A DNA stretch of 63,727 bases, filler included, from Kipferlia bialata (GCA_003568945.1; 7 parts of 5 records of this genome joined end to end with filler, not necessarily neighbours in it); one strand, 5' to 3'; positions 23,871-38,090 are shown, numbered from the whole stretch's first letter. Notes: generated by a model not told the origin, from the sequence alone. Numbers and translations are program-made.

Positions 23871-25096
23871 CTACTTCTTCCCCTGTGGGATCTTGAGACT
23901 CACGATGGGGTGCCTGTGGTGAGGATAGTAACTCACAATCCACTTATTCAATGCCAAGAATGGACACAACAATTATTATATTTGTTGTATATTTGAAATA
24001 TCCACTATTTGCTATTCAATTGTTATTCATGAGTGAAGCATCTAGTGCACTATGCCGTACCTGGTTGTGTCTGCCTGTGCACATGCATCCATGAACTCAG
24101 CCTGGGGTGGGATTTACAGGTATCACTCATACAGTCCCTAAACAAGATGAACACTGATCCCCATCCATATGGCTAGGTAATCATACACGCGATTAGTCTC
24201 GCAAGTACCTTTGACAGCCTCCCGTCCCCGTCTGTGTCTGCATCTCTGATGGTCTTGTCAACTACCTAGAGGGTGGGTAACAGCAAAATTGGTAACATTA
24301 GATTTTAGTTGACTGAAACTGACTATACCACTGGCTGTGCATACATCTGTACCTGCTGCAGCTGTGTGTCGTCCAGGTTGTCTGCCACCATGTAGGACAT
24401 CACCTTGAACAGCTCACTGTTGCCAATGTAGCCGTCCTAGGGGGTAAGAGAGTGAGAGAGAGGGGAGCAGGGGGGATGAATGTTATGAATGGCATCAATG
24501 GTCAGGATATCTTGGATACATGCCACCCACCCCATCCAGGTCGTAGAGTCTGAATGCAAACTCGAGCTTGGCCTCTCTCTGGCCAGGGGAGGTGAGGAGA
24601 GACAGGGCGCCTAGGGGTGGGGGCATGGAGAGAAGTAGACGAAAGAAGAAGGGCATACATACTAATGTACATGTGTATAGAGAGAAAGAGATAGATAACA
24701 TGATGGTAGAAGAGTGGAAGGGGTGGGGTTCAGACAAATGCATTACTGACGCTACCTAGGAACTCTCCAAAGTCCAAAGACTCGTTAGAGTCCACATCGA
24801 TGGCTGCAAAGATACGTCGCATCAGTGGGGTCATCTCTATTCCCTGTTTCTCTAACTCCTCAATCTCTGGGGTGAGAACCAGCACACACAAAGGTAGGAA
24901 TACAACTGTCATCCAGTGATACGATAGAGAAGTGGGGACAGTATTCAACAGGCTCTTAGGAAGCGTATGGACACTGAAGAGTAATACTTACTATCCGCAC
25001 TATAGTATAACAACTCCTACATACCGAGTGTGCCGGAGTTGTCTGCGTCGATTGCTGTGAATGTGCTGTACAACAGCTTCAACTCGTCATTGGAGA
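23871..25096 (-). CDS. CNB1: Calcineurin B-like EF-hand protein (5' end lost at the contig break)
   Basis: Four EF-hand loops across exons (DADNSGTL, DVDSNESLDFGEF, DLDG/DGYIGNSELF, DTDGDGRLSK/AEF). Also 'KLEFAFRLYD' and 'MVADNLDDTQLQQ/VVDKTIRDAD'. The last exon (23913-23871) is a best guess. Confidence 0.88.
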
Positions 25097-25171
25097 CTGG
25101 GGGTAAGAGGCAGAAAGGGGAGGTGGGATAAGAGGGGGGGGGGGGGGGGGGGGAGGGAATGAAAAGGGGTC

Positions 25172-25271
25172 NNNNNNNNNNNNNNNNNNNNNNNNNNNNN
25201 NNNNNNNNNNNNNNNTTAATTAATTAANNNNNNNNNNNNNNNNNNNNNNNNNNNNNNNNNNNNNNNNNNNN
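25172..25271. other. Artificial contig spacer N44-TTAATTAATTAA-N44 (also 30112-30211, 37583-37682, 56532-56631, 59532-59631, 61982-62081)
   Basis: Six identical 100-bp units with a six-frame stop linker. Most are flanked by G/C homopolymer contig ends. Confidence 0.97.
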
Positions 25272-25324
25272 AAAGGGTATCCGATATCTATATTTGACTA
25301 GACCCCCCCCCCCCCCACCCCCAG

Positions 25325-27433
25325 TCTGATCTCGCTGTCCTGGGCCATTGGGAGTCCCCTCTTCACCGACATGCAGTTCTCCCTCACCATGGCACCCTCT
25401 ACCGACTACCCAGAGTTCGGCCTCTATGCAGGGGCGGTCAGGTACTATTCACTCGATATCTATACTGCAAATGTGTTGTATGTAATGTTCTATTATTATT
25501 GTGTGTAGTTATATGTTCTCTCTACTGCTCTACCCCCTCACTCTCAGGACCCACGTGTACCCGGGTGCCTTCAACCAGTTTCTCAAGACTGTGGGGGAGG
25601 ATGGGTCGGTGGTGCCTCTCATCAAGGGGGACAGCGTGGTGAGTGGGGTGTATATATAGAGAGAGCGAGAGTGTAGTTGAGTGGGTGTATACGTGTTTGT
25701 GTATCTCTTGGTAGTATATGTACAGTACTCCCCCCTCACCCCCAGCAGATAGGCATAGGGAGTGTGTCTGTGGGGTTCATGGACAACCTGGCCTACCCCA
25801 CCTCTGCCATAGACGAGGATGACCTCGAGACTGGTCTCTCTGACCTACAGGACTACAAGGACTGGCTCGGGTGGGTGGATTAGAATTCATATTCATATAC
25901 ATATATATACCAGAAGCCATCCTGTATGTCAATAGATGCTGAGTGGACTTATCCCCCCCTCTATTTGTCTCTGACCCTAGCATTGCCGACACCACTGTCC
26001 TAGACCCCTTCACCCCCATCACCTTTGACGCAGAGACAGGGGAGCAGGACGAGGCGACAAAGGCGGTATGTGCATCCGTGTATATATATGTGTATCCATG
26101 TACTACCACTCTCTGACCCAGGCCGTGTGGGATGCCACCCGTGCCCTCCACTACTCTGTTGGTCCCCTGCCTGTCTCCAAGCCCCCCAACCCCGATGCTG
26201 ACGACTGGTACAAGAACCTCAGTGTCATGTGCATGACAGAGTACGATGACACAGAGGGGACAGGGCTCTACTACGGGGGGGCATGCGAGCCTCTCATGAA
26301 CGGTACGTGCCCGATTTACACCTGGCTAATTGCATGGGGGTGTGTGTGCGTGAGTTCTATCTCTCTCTCTCTCCATCTCTCTATCTAGTCTATCTCACCC
26401 TTTAGGCATTGGGTTCACCCCTGCTGCTGGGATGGAACTCGACACCAACTACAGCATGTACCAGCCAGAGGTGGGTGCATGTATATGTAGATATTCTTCT
26501 ACAGTGTAGGTTTTTACCACCTAAGAGACTGATGTTAACCCATGAACAGATATAGTGTATACATATGCTTCCCCTCTGACTCCCAGGCCGTCCTATGTGG
26601 CGAGCAGGAGTTCCATGTGGACAGCCAGATGATGGTGGTCCCAAGTACGGCTCTATACACACTAGACCAACACCATCACTTCTGATAGAGTTCTCTAAGT
26701 AGTATATGTGTATACATGCACTGACCCCAGGTTGGTGCACCGACACAGCCTCCTCCGAGGGTCAGTTCGGGGCATGCAACAGCGACAGGCTGTTCTACAG
26801 CACGGCATATGCATCCATATACGGGTGGGGGTGTCATGTATATATACTCACTTGTACCACTATACTATTCCCCCTCTACCCCCTCATTGTCAGTGGCCCA
26901 ACCGTGTGTGCCCCCGAGGCTGTGGAGGACCTAACCGTGCTCATCAGCCACAGCGTGAGTGACCAGGTGTACAGCGTCACATTCAACAACGTCAGGTGCG
27001 GTGTATGCTGTATACACAGAGTTCTTGGTAAATATGTAGTCACGTTTACCTCCTCTATATCCTATTGTTTCTGACATCAGCCCCTGGGCCATGATGACTG
27101 ATGTGGTTGTGCTCTTCATGTCTGTGCTGGGTGTACAGGCAGTGACTGAGGCAGTCCTCACACTCCTGCAGCGGTATGTGTCTCTCTCTATATATATACA
27201 TATATCCAGTACCCATGTGCATTATAATGGTCTGCTTCTAGTGTTAGTGTACTATTGCATGCCCTGTGACCCTCACCCCCAGCAGGTACAGGCGGAGACA
27301 GGCCAGGAAGAGAGGCAGCAGGTCCAAGGACGACACAGAGATTGAGTCTCTCTCTCTCGAGGGTGCCACTCCCAATGACATACTAGTCCCTGCACCCAAC
27401 GGGGGTGTGATAGTCATGGAGCAGTGCCCGTAG
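25325..27433 (+). CDS. Hypothetical membrane protein: Cys-containing luminal/extracellular loop, C-terminal TM helix and basic tail (5' truncated)
   Basis: About 11 exons with canonical junctions. TM 'MMTDVVVLFMSVLGVQAVTEAVLTLL' is followed by RYRRRQARKR. Stop TAG at 27431-27433. Confidence 0.6.
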
Positions 27434-27995
27434 AGAGTGACTGGTGTACTATGTATATGTATATAGTGGAGAATACGCAGCAGAAAGGCCATTCGCTACC
27501 GGTATGGTCTTGGTGCGAGGATAGCTACCCATATCACATTCCACGTGTGTGTGCTTCAAGGGTATCCCAAGGCAGTCCATAAATTAGATATATTCATATA
27601 TATACCCTAGAAGCCCTAGGTTATGTTGTCGTTGCTTTCAGCCCCTTAGAAGTGATGCATAGGTTGCCTTGTTTCAACATTGTTCCTAAGTCATTTGTCA
27701 TCTTGCCTACTGTCCAGCAGGTGAATGTATCGGGCTCTCTACTGCTTCACGACAAGTCTCGTAACTACATACGTCATAAAGAGGTACTGATTGCCAATCA
27801 TGTAATACTGTACAATTTATGTTGGAGTGAGCATATCAGTGCTCATTCCTACGGTGTCTGTGTTTCAATGCCAAGGCATATAGGATACAGCTAAGCATCA
27901 GTATCGGTGCTGGTCCTAGCCACCAACGCACCAGAGACACTCATTACGAAAATATGGGGAAATGCGGCGTTACAGCGCGCTGTGTAGTTCCACGA

Positions 27996-30019
27996 TCAGA
28001 ACTCTGCCACTGGGCTGGATGAGAGGTTGGGACTGGCGTTCTTTGACCTGAGCCGCCTCTTGTCCCCGGCCTTGGCCCTCCGCCTTGGGGGACCCCTGCC
28101 CTCCTCGATGGCTATGACGGCCTGGGGGTGAGACAGGTTGTCAAATTGATATATATGCTATCTCAGACACCCCATGTAGCATACATATATGTGGGATAGT
28201 ACATATCCATCAGTCCCCACCTCGACAGGTACCACGACATGCTCCGCGTCTGTGTACACCCCCCTGAGCCCTGACACCAGGTACATACCCAGCGCCCCAA
28301 CCGCACACAGACACACATATGCAGTGGGTCCCTCTGCCAGAAGGGAGGCAGGGGTGGAGTCCTCAAACACAGCAAGAAGGGCAGAGAGGGGGTCGGAGAA
28401 GGGGTTCAGCAGCAGCTGGGGCAGCACGAAGGCTAGCATAAAGTGGGCAGAGGTGAGGGAACACCTGAGTGTGAGGAGGTGGCATGATTGACTACAATGT
28501 GTGTACAGTATAACCACTCTAATGCTCGCTACCTGTTTGTCCATGGCATGGACTTGGGTCCCCTCTGTCCAGCTGGTACAGACACTGATAGTCTGTGTAG
28601 GACAAGCAGGGATGCCAGTACCATCAGAGAGGCAGGCAGGGTGCAGACAGCCACTAGGCCAAGGGGGTGTGACACCTTATCAGTGACGTCATCCCAGAAG
28701 GCACCCAGGGACACACTCACCAGCACAGAGAGGAGGAGCAGAAGCTGGGGTCAGGGTAGGGGGGGGGGGAGAGAGAGAGAGTAATGGAACATATACAAAT
28801 ACCAATGAACAACTATGAGTGTAAGTTGTATGGCATCTATGCAATCACCACCGTACCTGTGTGAATGCCGTCGAGTGCTTGAGACAGGGTGCCAGGAGCA
28901 GCAAGGGGAGAGAGAGGGCACCAGCACAGAGGAAGGGGACAGCCCCCAGACCATAGGGCCGGTACTCAGCCAATGGAGAGACAGAGGGGGCCTGGAGTGA
29001 GGGTCAAACGAAGGCTGGAAGTGTCTACTACTATAGACCGACCCACCTCAGGGTATACGATGAGCTCTGCCGCCACTGTACCCATGAGAGAGGCCAGTGT
29101 CACACCGGTGCCTAGGAGCAGGCCAGTCAGGATGTACCTAGGGTGGGGGAGTGGTAGCACTCTTCACTCCTGCAATATACACTATGATACATGCATATAC
29201 AAGATGGCTATATACCTTCTGACTGCCGGGTAGTGCTTGAGCTTCTTGCTCAGAGGGGCCTTGCACCGTCTGGGGGTGGATATGAGTACAAGGGTGAGGC
29301 CCAAGAGTGCCACCACACCTGCTACCATCCAGACCTGGGGTGAGAGGAAGGAGAGAGAGAGAGAGAGTAGTTCTACACCAAAGCCGCTTGATGCCGGTGG
29401 CAATATAGAGTGACACTCACCTCAAATGCATCTATGGCAGCTGGCAGCACAATGACTTCCTGCAGATCCACAAGAGTGTAGAGAAGCCACCTGCGGTGAG
29501 AAAGGATCACGTTGAGACATTCACAACGCATTGTACATGTATGTTACCACCGTACCATACCACAGGTGCTGATGCCACCAGCATACATACATATACATAT
29601 ATATAATTGTCTCTCAGGAATCCTGAGTCAGGATATGTAGACACCGTACCACACCACAGGTGCCGAGGCCACCAGCATGTATCCCATGCCCCCTAGGGTA
29701 TCAGCGAGGGCACGCTTGGTGCCGGGGTCGAGCTTGGTCTTGCTACGCCTGCGGGTTAGACACTATATAACCTTATACTCGAACATGGATGAATCTATAG
29801 CCCGAGTGTACCTGAGCATGAGGTAGAACACTGGGGACACCCCGACCAGGGGCAGTGTCAGCAGACATGGCCAGAGGTACTGGGTGTCTGGGCCGAGGTA
29901 TGATGGGACGTCGATGTCAGGCAGGATAGTGTCAATGACAACCTGGACCACGGTAGATACACCCACACAGAGCAGAGAGAGGGTACACAGCATGAAGAGC
30001 ATGGCAGCCAGTCTCACAC
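27996..30019 (-). CDS. Hypothetical multi-pass membrane protein (5' truncated)
   Basis: Consecutive exons encode many hydrophobic helices (e.g. 'LAAMLFMLCTLSLLCVGVSTVVQVVI', 'YILTGLLLGTGVTLASLMG'). The basic tail ends '...PVAEF*' at 27996. Confidence 0.6.
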
Positions 30020-30329
30020 CTAGGGGGTCAGAGAGAGAGAGAGAGAGAGAGTCAGAGAGAGAGAGTGGGGAGGGGGGGGGGGGGGGGGGGGGGGGGGCCC
30101 GCCAGGGGCGGNNNNNNNNNNNNNNNNNNNNNNNNNNNNNNNNNNNNNNNNNNNNTTAATTAATTAANNNNNNNNNNNNNNNNNNNNNNNNNNNNNNNNN
30201 NNNNNNNNNNNATGTATGTGTATAATATGATGGGGATACCCTCTTTCCCCCCCCCCCCCTTTCCCGCCTGTTCTCTTCAGTGGTATCTCTGGCCCACCCC
30301 TCCATTTTACTGTATCTCTCTTATGTCAG

Positions 30330-31792
30330 GTTTACAGCACCCCACAGCGTATCAGAGTGGACCCCCGGCACAAGGTATCAGTATCATTTTCTCTATAGTA
30401 TATATATGTGTATAGTATATATGTGTATATAATATATATGTATATATTGTATATGTATATGGAGTATATTGATATATTAGATTGGTTATATTCATTGATC
30501 CCAGGGCAGACCTGGAGACAGGCCTAGCATCAACATGCTTGGAACCACACGAGGAACCAGGTATTCACACACACACACATATATATATATATATGAGTTT
30601 CCAGTCATACTTATTGACCATCCCTGACTCTCCCTTCTCTCTTGACCATGTCTGACTCTTAGGGGCTCTCAGAGTGCCAGGGGATACTCCTCCAGACACC
30701 AGAGCGGGGGTGGCCTCTATGCAACATCGGAGGTACATATGTAAATATATATATATATATATATATATTATTATTATTATTGTGTCTCTTCTGGTGTTCC
30801 ATCTGAATATGATTATATTGTATGTATATGTATATATATATATATACTCTATGCCACATCGGAGGTACATATGTTTTGTATATTATATTGTATGTATATG
30901 TATATGATTATGTGTCTACTGGTGTTCGTCTTTATATATATCTTATGTTTTCTACCCTTGTCACCCTCTGTATCTGCCTCTTTTATATTTAATTAGATAT
31001 GCTATGCTTGGCTTCTTTGGGTTATTATTCTGTGTTCAATATCTCTTATCCCCCAGGCATCTAGACCATACTCTGCACGGCCTAGCCAAAGGGGCATTAG
31101 GGGTGTAGGTGTAGGACACTCCTCAACTGAGGGAGCTGAGGGAGTCGACATACGCCCTTCAACGGCCAGACCTGCGGGGTCCTCTCTCACCTCCATGTCT
31201 CTCTCTCTCTTTGGAGAGGAAGAGAGAGGGGCTCAGGAGGAGAGGGGGGTGGATCTGCCGTCCAATATGTTTGGAAGCAGTAAGAGGGGGGACGGGGGGA
31301 GTGGGATGTATAGTAGCAGAGTTGATGCCGGGAGAGAGGGAGAGAGAGAGGGAGAGGGAGAGAGGCCGTTGGTGGAGAGTGCGCGTCGGCTGTCGGTCAT
31401 TGAGTCTCTGACGCGGTCTCTGACCACGGATCAGGAGTGGGGAGGGGAGGGAGAGGAGAGGGGGGAAGGGAGGGAGGGGGAGAGCAGGGGTAGTAGCTGG
31501 CACGACAGTGGGCGTCCAATGGAAGATAGGTATAGGCCAGACACAGCAAGGGAGAGAGGGAAGGAGAGAGAGCCCGAGAGGCGGCGCAACCGGAGTGCCA
31601 GTGTGGACCAGTCTCTATTCAGGTGGGTGATATAGAGTTTGTCTCTCTCTCTCTCTCTCTTGTGATGGTACTCTCTCTCTCATTGTCAGTGTCATTAGTG
31701 TATGTATATGTATGTATGTCAACTGACTGTCAGGGCCTCTGGTATCTATGCCGGTACAAGGAGGAGACGCAATCCAGTCACGTTTACAGCCA
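30330..31792 (+). CDS. Hypothetical low-complexity Arg/Glu/Ser-rich protein fragment
   Basis: Short GC-rich exons lie in AT-rich introns, and a large exon at ~31057-31622 contains the 146-aa ORF. Ends are uncertain. Confidence 0.4.
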
Positions 31793-32257
31793 GGTAATTT
31801 TTACTGTGTTTGATGTACATATTAGAGTAACCCTGCATAGCACTGCATTGTGTTCCTGTAATCCTAGTCTTGCTGGCAGAGACTTCAACATGTATAGAGT
31901 TTTGTGTATGGCTACACAGTTCTTGCTCAATGCTAACCTGCAGGAAACGCGCCACGCGCCCTGGGGTTCTGTCACTTCACACCGCACAGAGGGCGAGAGA
32001 GCGCCTCCGGTGATTGTATAATAGATGAAACGATAGTTCATAAGTCTTTTCTAGGCCTAGTACCATGTTTTCTCTATGCATACCATCAATCTCGAATCTA
32101 TTACATTCATCCACACACACGCTTCACACAAGACACTACTACTGCTACAACCACATGTCCTCATCCCCCAAACACGTATACCCTGTAAGACCATCACATC
32201 TAGTCATTACCAGGGACCATGTTATGATTATATACCGTACAGTCTGGATGCACTCAC

Positions 32258-33485
32258 ACCCTCGTCCGTGCTCATGTTGACGTGGTATGGGTCGTCATCC
32301 CCACTGCTGCTCAGGTTATCGACATCGGTGGCAGTCTCCGCAAGCTCGGCCTGAGAGGTCAATGGAGGTCAAGGGAGGTCAAGGATAAAAGGAAATTCAT
32401 ATATGGACTCATACCTCAGCCCTCTCTCTCAGTCTCTTCTGCCTGAGTCTGTCGGCCTCTCTCCTTGCTGCAGTCTCTCTCTCTCTCTCTCTCTCTTCCT
32501 CGAGCCTTCTCTCTCCCTGCTCAAACCTGGACAGTTAGAGTGTGACCCTGATATATCTATATCTATATATCTATATGTCTATCAATCAATATCTAGTTAT
32601 CAAGTTTCTATATCTATATTAATCTGGAACAACATATCGCCGTTATGAGCTCTCTGTATATATGTAATTACTGGTTATACTACTGTGTACCAGGTCCTGA
32701 TGTCTGTACCATATCATAATCATACACGATATCACTGGTTATTCTACTCTATACAATATCAGTATCTGTATCACACTCAGAGGTGTTCAAACTCTCCATC
32801 TATACACTGATACTGTCACTAACTAATACCTGGTCCTGATGTCTGAGACCGATCCCCGACCACTGTCAATCTCCACTGGCTCACTGGTCCTCCTCTCTCT
32901 CTCTCTCTCTCTCTCCTGTCTAGGTGGATACGCACTGGACTCAGGAGTGAAGTCACCCGAGGCCCTGCTTCTGCTGCGTTGGGAGAACTCGTCATTCAGA
33001 GCGGCAAGCTTGCCCTAAGGGTCAGAATATATATATATATATATCCTGTATATATAGAGCAGTATGTTTGCCCTGGAAGTAAAATGTAACTCTCTAATAC
33101 GAGTACAATATCCAAATGTATATAAAGGGATGTTGCGAAAACTCGTCGTTGAGAGCGGCAAGCTTGCCCTACGGGTCAGTGGAAGCAAATATATATATAT
33201 AGTATATACACATAGATAGATGGCGCGACGTCCCATACCCACGATCCATCAAGATGTGAATAGGTTATAACAGTCTGTTTTAGCACCAAGACATCCCGTA
33301 CCTCTGTGAAAATATTAGTCAATGAATTGAAAACACATAAATATCCAATACATACATGTAGTCTATCATACCTGACTGAATGAGCTGAACAGGGTGGACT
33401 GCCCCCTGCCTGTGCTCTGGGTGGTGGTCTCTAGGGAGTTGAGCCACCTGGACAGCATCTGGAGATAAGTGATGGCACTTACGGA

Positions 33486-33526
<41 letters not shown>

Positions 33527-36445
33527 GAGTTGAGCCACCTGGACAGCATATATAGGGTAAGTGGCAATCAACAAACCAATAGATACCTTTCCAGATTCCT
33601 CTCCTAATTATAATCAACCCATCAATCAATTGATACCTTTGATGCCTCTCATAATAATTACAATCAATCTTCAACCAACCAATCATCAATCAACTGATAC
33701 CTTTGATGCCTCGAGGTTCCTCTCACAGTAATAACAATCTTATCAAGCAATCAATTGATTTGATTGACACTGTATCTATACTGTACTTATACTGTATCCA
33801 TACCTTTGATGCCTCCAGGTTCCTCTCAGACACTATGCACTCGGTGCCACTCTTCTTGTCTGCCTCAGCCACAGTCTGCACACTGGTCCTGGCATCAGAG
33901 TGTATATAGATAGTGGGATAAATAGCCATCGATATATCACTATATATAACTATATAGATTCATACGCCACAGTCTGCAGACTGGCCCTGGTATCAGTATT
34001 AGAATATTAGTGAATATACATGTATGTATACAAATATACCTGTAACACTTGTACTCTCATTCTAAGACAAATAAAAACTGATGGAGGGAATATAGGATAC
34101 AGGAGAGAGAGAGAGAAGAGGAAGATCAGTTGCAAATACAATATATTATACAGTTATCGTGAGCAACTTAAACATGCTTCCACACCTGAAGCCCATGAAT
34201 AGGAACCCCACACATAGTATATCTATTATTAATAGAGTATGTATATATATCATGTATAGGATATACGCATGTACCTGAATCCCATGAATAGGAACACCAT
34301 ACTGTCTGCGGCATCAGGGACCTGGTGGTAAGGGTAGATCAATACAATTGTATATATATAGATCAATACATATATATATATATATATGTACATACTCATA
34401 CTGTCTGCGGCATCAGAGACCTGGTGGTGAGCAAAGAAGCGGAGTGAAGAGAATACTCATAGATATACACCCGTATACATACTCATCCTATCTGCGGCGT
34501 CAGGGACCAATTGGTGAGGGTAGATCAACACACACATACATATAGATTAGAATTAATAGAGATGTACACCCATATGCAACTATAGATACTATAATACTAT
34601 AATACTATATTATATATACACATATATACACACCTCGAGGACTGATGCCATGGATGATTGAATTAATGAAAGAGAAGAAATACATGAATATACATGAATA
34701 TACAAAGATACTATATTCATAAATGTGTACATATATACACATATATACCCACCTCGAGGACTGATGCCATGGATGATGCCCGGGAGTGTGAGTGGGAGTG
34801 GGCCTGGTCGGTGAGGGACAGTAGGGTAAGGCATATACATATGTACACCCACATATACATATACATATACGTATATATACATATACCTTAATACTACCAT
34901 GCCGGAGGACTAAAGTAAGGCAAGGCATATACATATGTATATATATAAACATATATATACAAACTCATGAATGTAAATTAGAAATATATACCTTGTCGGA
35001 TAGGGATGCGTCCCTCACTGCATCCAGGGCATCGATGGAGACATATATATATGACATATATAACAATTATATTTATATATATACACATGTAAATATGTAC
35101 CTTGTCGGAGAGAGAGAGAGATGCATCCCTCACTGCATCCAGGGCATCGATGGAGAGAGAGAGCTCGGCTAGCAGCACGTCGCTCTTGTAGTTGGTCTTC
35201 TCCTTGCGTAGCCACAGCTGGTGTTAGAAGTAGGATAGAAGTATGTTAGAAGTATGCTAGAAGTAGGATAGAAGTAGGATGGAAGTATGTTAGAAATGGG
35301 TTAGAAGGCTAAACATTAGAAGCCAGAGAGACTCACACAGTAAGTACAAACACGATACCAAGACGTCGCACTCCCTGGTCATCAGCACCATTAGAAACAA
35401 TAGAGTAAGTATAGTGTCAATATATAGTACTATTATATATAGTAACTATACTATAGTATATCATTATCTGCATATACCTTCACATCGCACTCTCTGGCCA
35501 TCAGCAGTATTAATATATAGTAGCTATACATAATATGATACTCCTATTCATAATAATACTATATAATTAATATATATGCTAATTCATATACATATATATA
35601 TATAGTACCTTCACATCGCACTCCCTGGCCATCAGCACCATTAGTAACAATAAAGTAAGTATAGTGTAAATACACATATATTAGTGATGCATACGTGTAT
35701 AATACAATACCTTCACATCGCACTCCCTGGCCATCAGCACTGCCTTGGTGGATGTTGAGACATTGGCATTCTTCTTGGTGGTGTGGATGTCACCCAGGGT
35801 CACGGGGGCGGTAGGGACTGGAGTGAGACAGGTAAAATAGAGAGAGAGAGAGATAGAGAGAGAGAAATTATATTCACCCAGGGTCACGGGGGGGGTAGGA
35901 ACTGGAGTGAGACATACATAAGGGCATCGAGGAGGAAACATACTTGAGAGAGAGATTCAATGAATGTCCCGGAGGGTCACATGGGCGGAGGGCGAGAATG
36001 TGGCGAGAATTACAATGAGTTACTAGAATGTACAAGCTGATATATGCAGAGGTACCGTACCCTCTGCCACCTCCACGGCCTCTGTCCTCAGCAGCTGTCT
36101 GTCGTCACCTCCAAGGTGCACACTCAGGTGCAGGTAGTGCAGACCCTGGGGTTAGTCAGTTAGAGGATATATATATCAATCTACGCTATACTATTAGTAT
36201 ATCAGTAATGTGCACACTCAGGTGCAGGAAGTGTAGGCCCTAACGAATTAGAAAAGAATGTGAATTGATTGAAATAGAAATTATAGTGGAAGCCCAACAA
36301 GGCATATTTATATACATATATATATATATAACATATGGTACCTTGTCGTGTGCTGCCTTCCACTTTGTGGCCACAGAGTCCTTGCCAGCTGGGCCTGGGG
36401 TCAGGGTACTACTATATACACTATGTGACTATTAATTCTGACTAG

Positions 36446-36476
<31 letters not shown>

Positions 36477-37232
36477 TCCCATTGATTCCATACCTGATGC
36501 CTTGGGTGCCGTACAGTCATTATATATAGAATAGACATCATACAATATGGTACTATACATAAACGGATACTATACTAATAATGAAATATTTGTATACATT
36601 AGAAATATATTATAATACGTATCATGCCATACCTGATGCCTTGAGTGCCGCACAGTCAGATATATACTATATAGTATATACTACTATTATAATGTACCAC
36701 CCTATAAAATACATATCATGTCATTGATACCAATACCATTGATACCTGATGCCTTGAGGGCGGCACAGTCAGATGTACACTATACTCTCTCTCTCTGTCT
36801 ATACATATATATATATATTCATGTCTATACCTGATGCCTTGAGGGCGGCACAGTCCACCTCCACGGCATCAAGGTGCTTGACCTGGGCCTGGGGGTGAGT
36901 GTGGTATATATGTAATACGTAAGTTTATAATAATAGTCTGGAAGCCCTTCAATGGCATGATATATCACATATGGACGGAGGGAAGGGATCTCAGGTACAG
37001 TAGAAACAACGATAGTGCACGCTGTAGTACATATTGTACCTTTGTCTTTAGGAATGTGGATATGGTGCTGGGGGAAACACATAAATACATTACAGTATCA
37101 TATAGTTATCAATATCCATAACTATACACACAGCGCATAATGCGCGATAATACATCATATAGCATGCCTACCTTTGTCTTTAGGAATGTGGATATGGTGC
37201 TGGGTGTGACACTGGACAGCAGGGAGGGGAGC
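32258..37232 (-). CDS. Hypothetical protein, ~15 short exons in long AT-rich, echo-containing introns
   Basis: GC-rich exons with canonical junctions, e.g. 'AQVKHLDAVEVDCAALKAS', 'KAVLMARECDVK', 'LWLRKEKTNYKSDVLLAELSLSIDALDAVRDAS', 'ECIVSERNLEASK'. Both ends are uncertain. Confidence 0.6.
35225..35323. repeat. 11-bp tandem minisatellite (TAGAAGTAGGA / TAGAAGTATGT)
   Basis: About 8 degenerate units abut a minus-strand acceptor. Confidence 0.8.
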
Positions 37233-38090
37233 CTGGGGTGAGTCAATCATATATACCACTTAGAGAGGGGAGCCTATGGTGAGGAGATACACATCTAACT
37301 AAGGGCACTAGGGAGACAGAGAGAGAGAGAGAGATGACACTGGACAGCAGGGAGGGGAGCCTGGGGTAAGTATTAAGCATATATAATAATAACTAATGTA
37401 ACATTAACAAACTGGAGAGGGAGAGAGAGAGATCGGTCAGAGGACAATTGATATATATATATATATATATATATATCAATTGAGTGAGGGGGGGGGGAGA
37501 GGGAGAGAGAGAGAGATCAGACAGTGGAGAGAGGTGAGCCTATTGTCAGGGGGGGGGGGGGGGGGGGAAAAAAAAAAACAAANNNNNNNNNNNNNNNNNN
37601 NNNNNNNNNNNNNNNNNNNNNNNNNNTTAATTAATTAANNNNNNNNNNNNNNNNNNNNNNNNNNNNNNNNNNNNNNNNNNNNGGCACAGCGTCAGCAGAG
37701 GCAGGCTCGGCGGCAGATAGAGTGTGGCTGGTGGGGGGGGTGGGGGGGGGGGGGGGGGGGTCTCAATATCATAGCCTGAGTATTGATATCACTATTCTAC
37801 TCAATTGTGTCCTGCCAGTGTTAGTGTCTGTCTCTGTATCATACAGAGTGAGATGACACTGAGTACACGGATCACCCTCTTGCCCTCCCATTCTCTCTCT
37901 CTCTCACTCCCAGGTGTGTCTGAGGCCACTGTTGCTATTGTTACTATTGTTCTTAAGTACACAAGTATATACAATTAATTCATTGAGTCTTCTCACGCCA
38001 GGTGTGTCATTGGCTACATGTGCTGTTGTAGCTCTTATTATTTACGTTGTGTATATACTGGTAGTATACTATATAGTGTCTCACCCCCAG

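Noticed and set aside
25216..25227. Recurrent palindrome TTAATTAATTAA (six copies)
   Set aside because: It is always centred in exactly 44+44 Ns, so it is an artificial six-frame-stop linker. Gene adjacency across these spacers is not biological evidence.
33900..35200. ORFs rich in Y/I/V/C ('YIYIYI')
   Set aside because: They are translations of (TA)n/(TG)n intron microsatellites.
37548..37760. Poly-G/poly-C tracts as G-quadruplex elements or telomeres
   Set aside because: They are mostly intronic C-tracts near acceptors where sequencing or assembly fails. Lengths are unreliable and there is no telomeric repeat unit.
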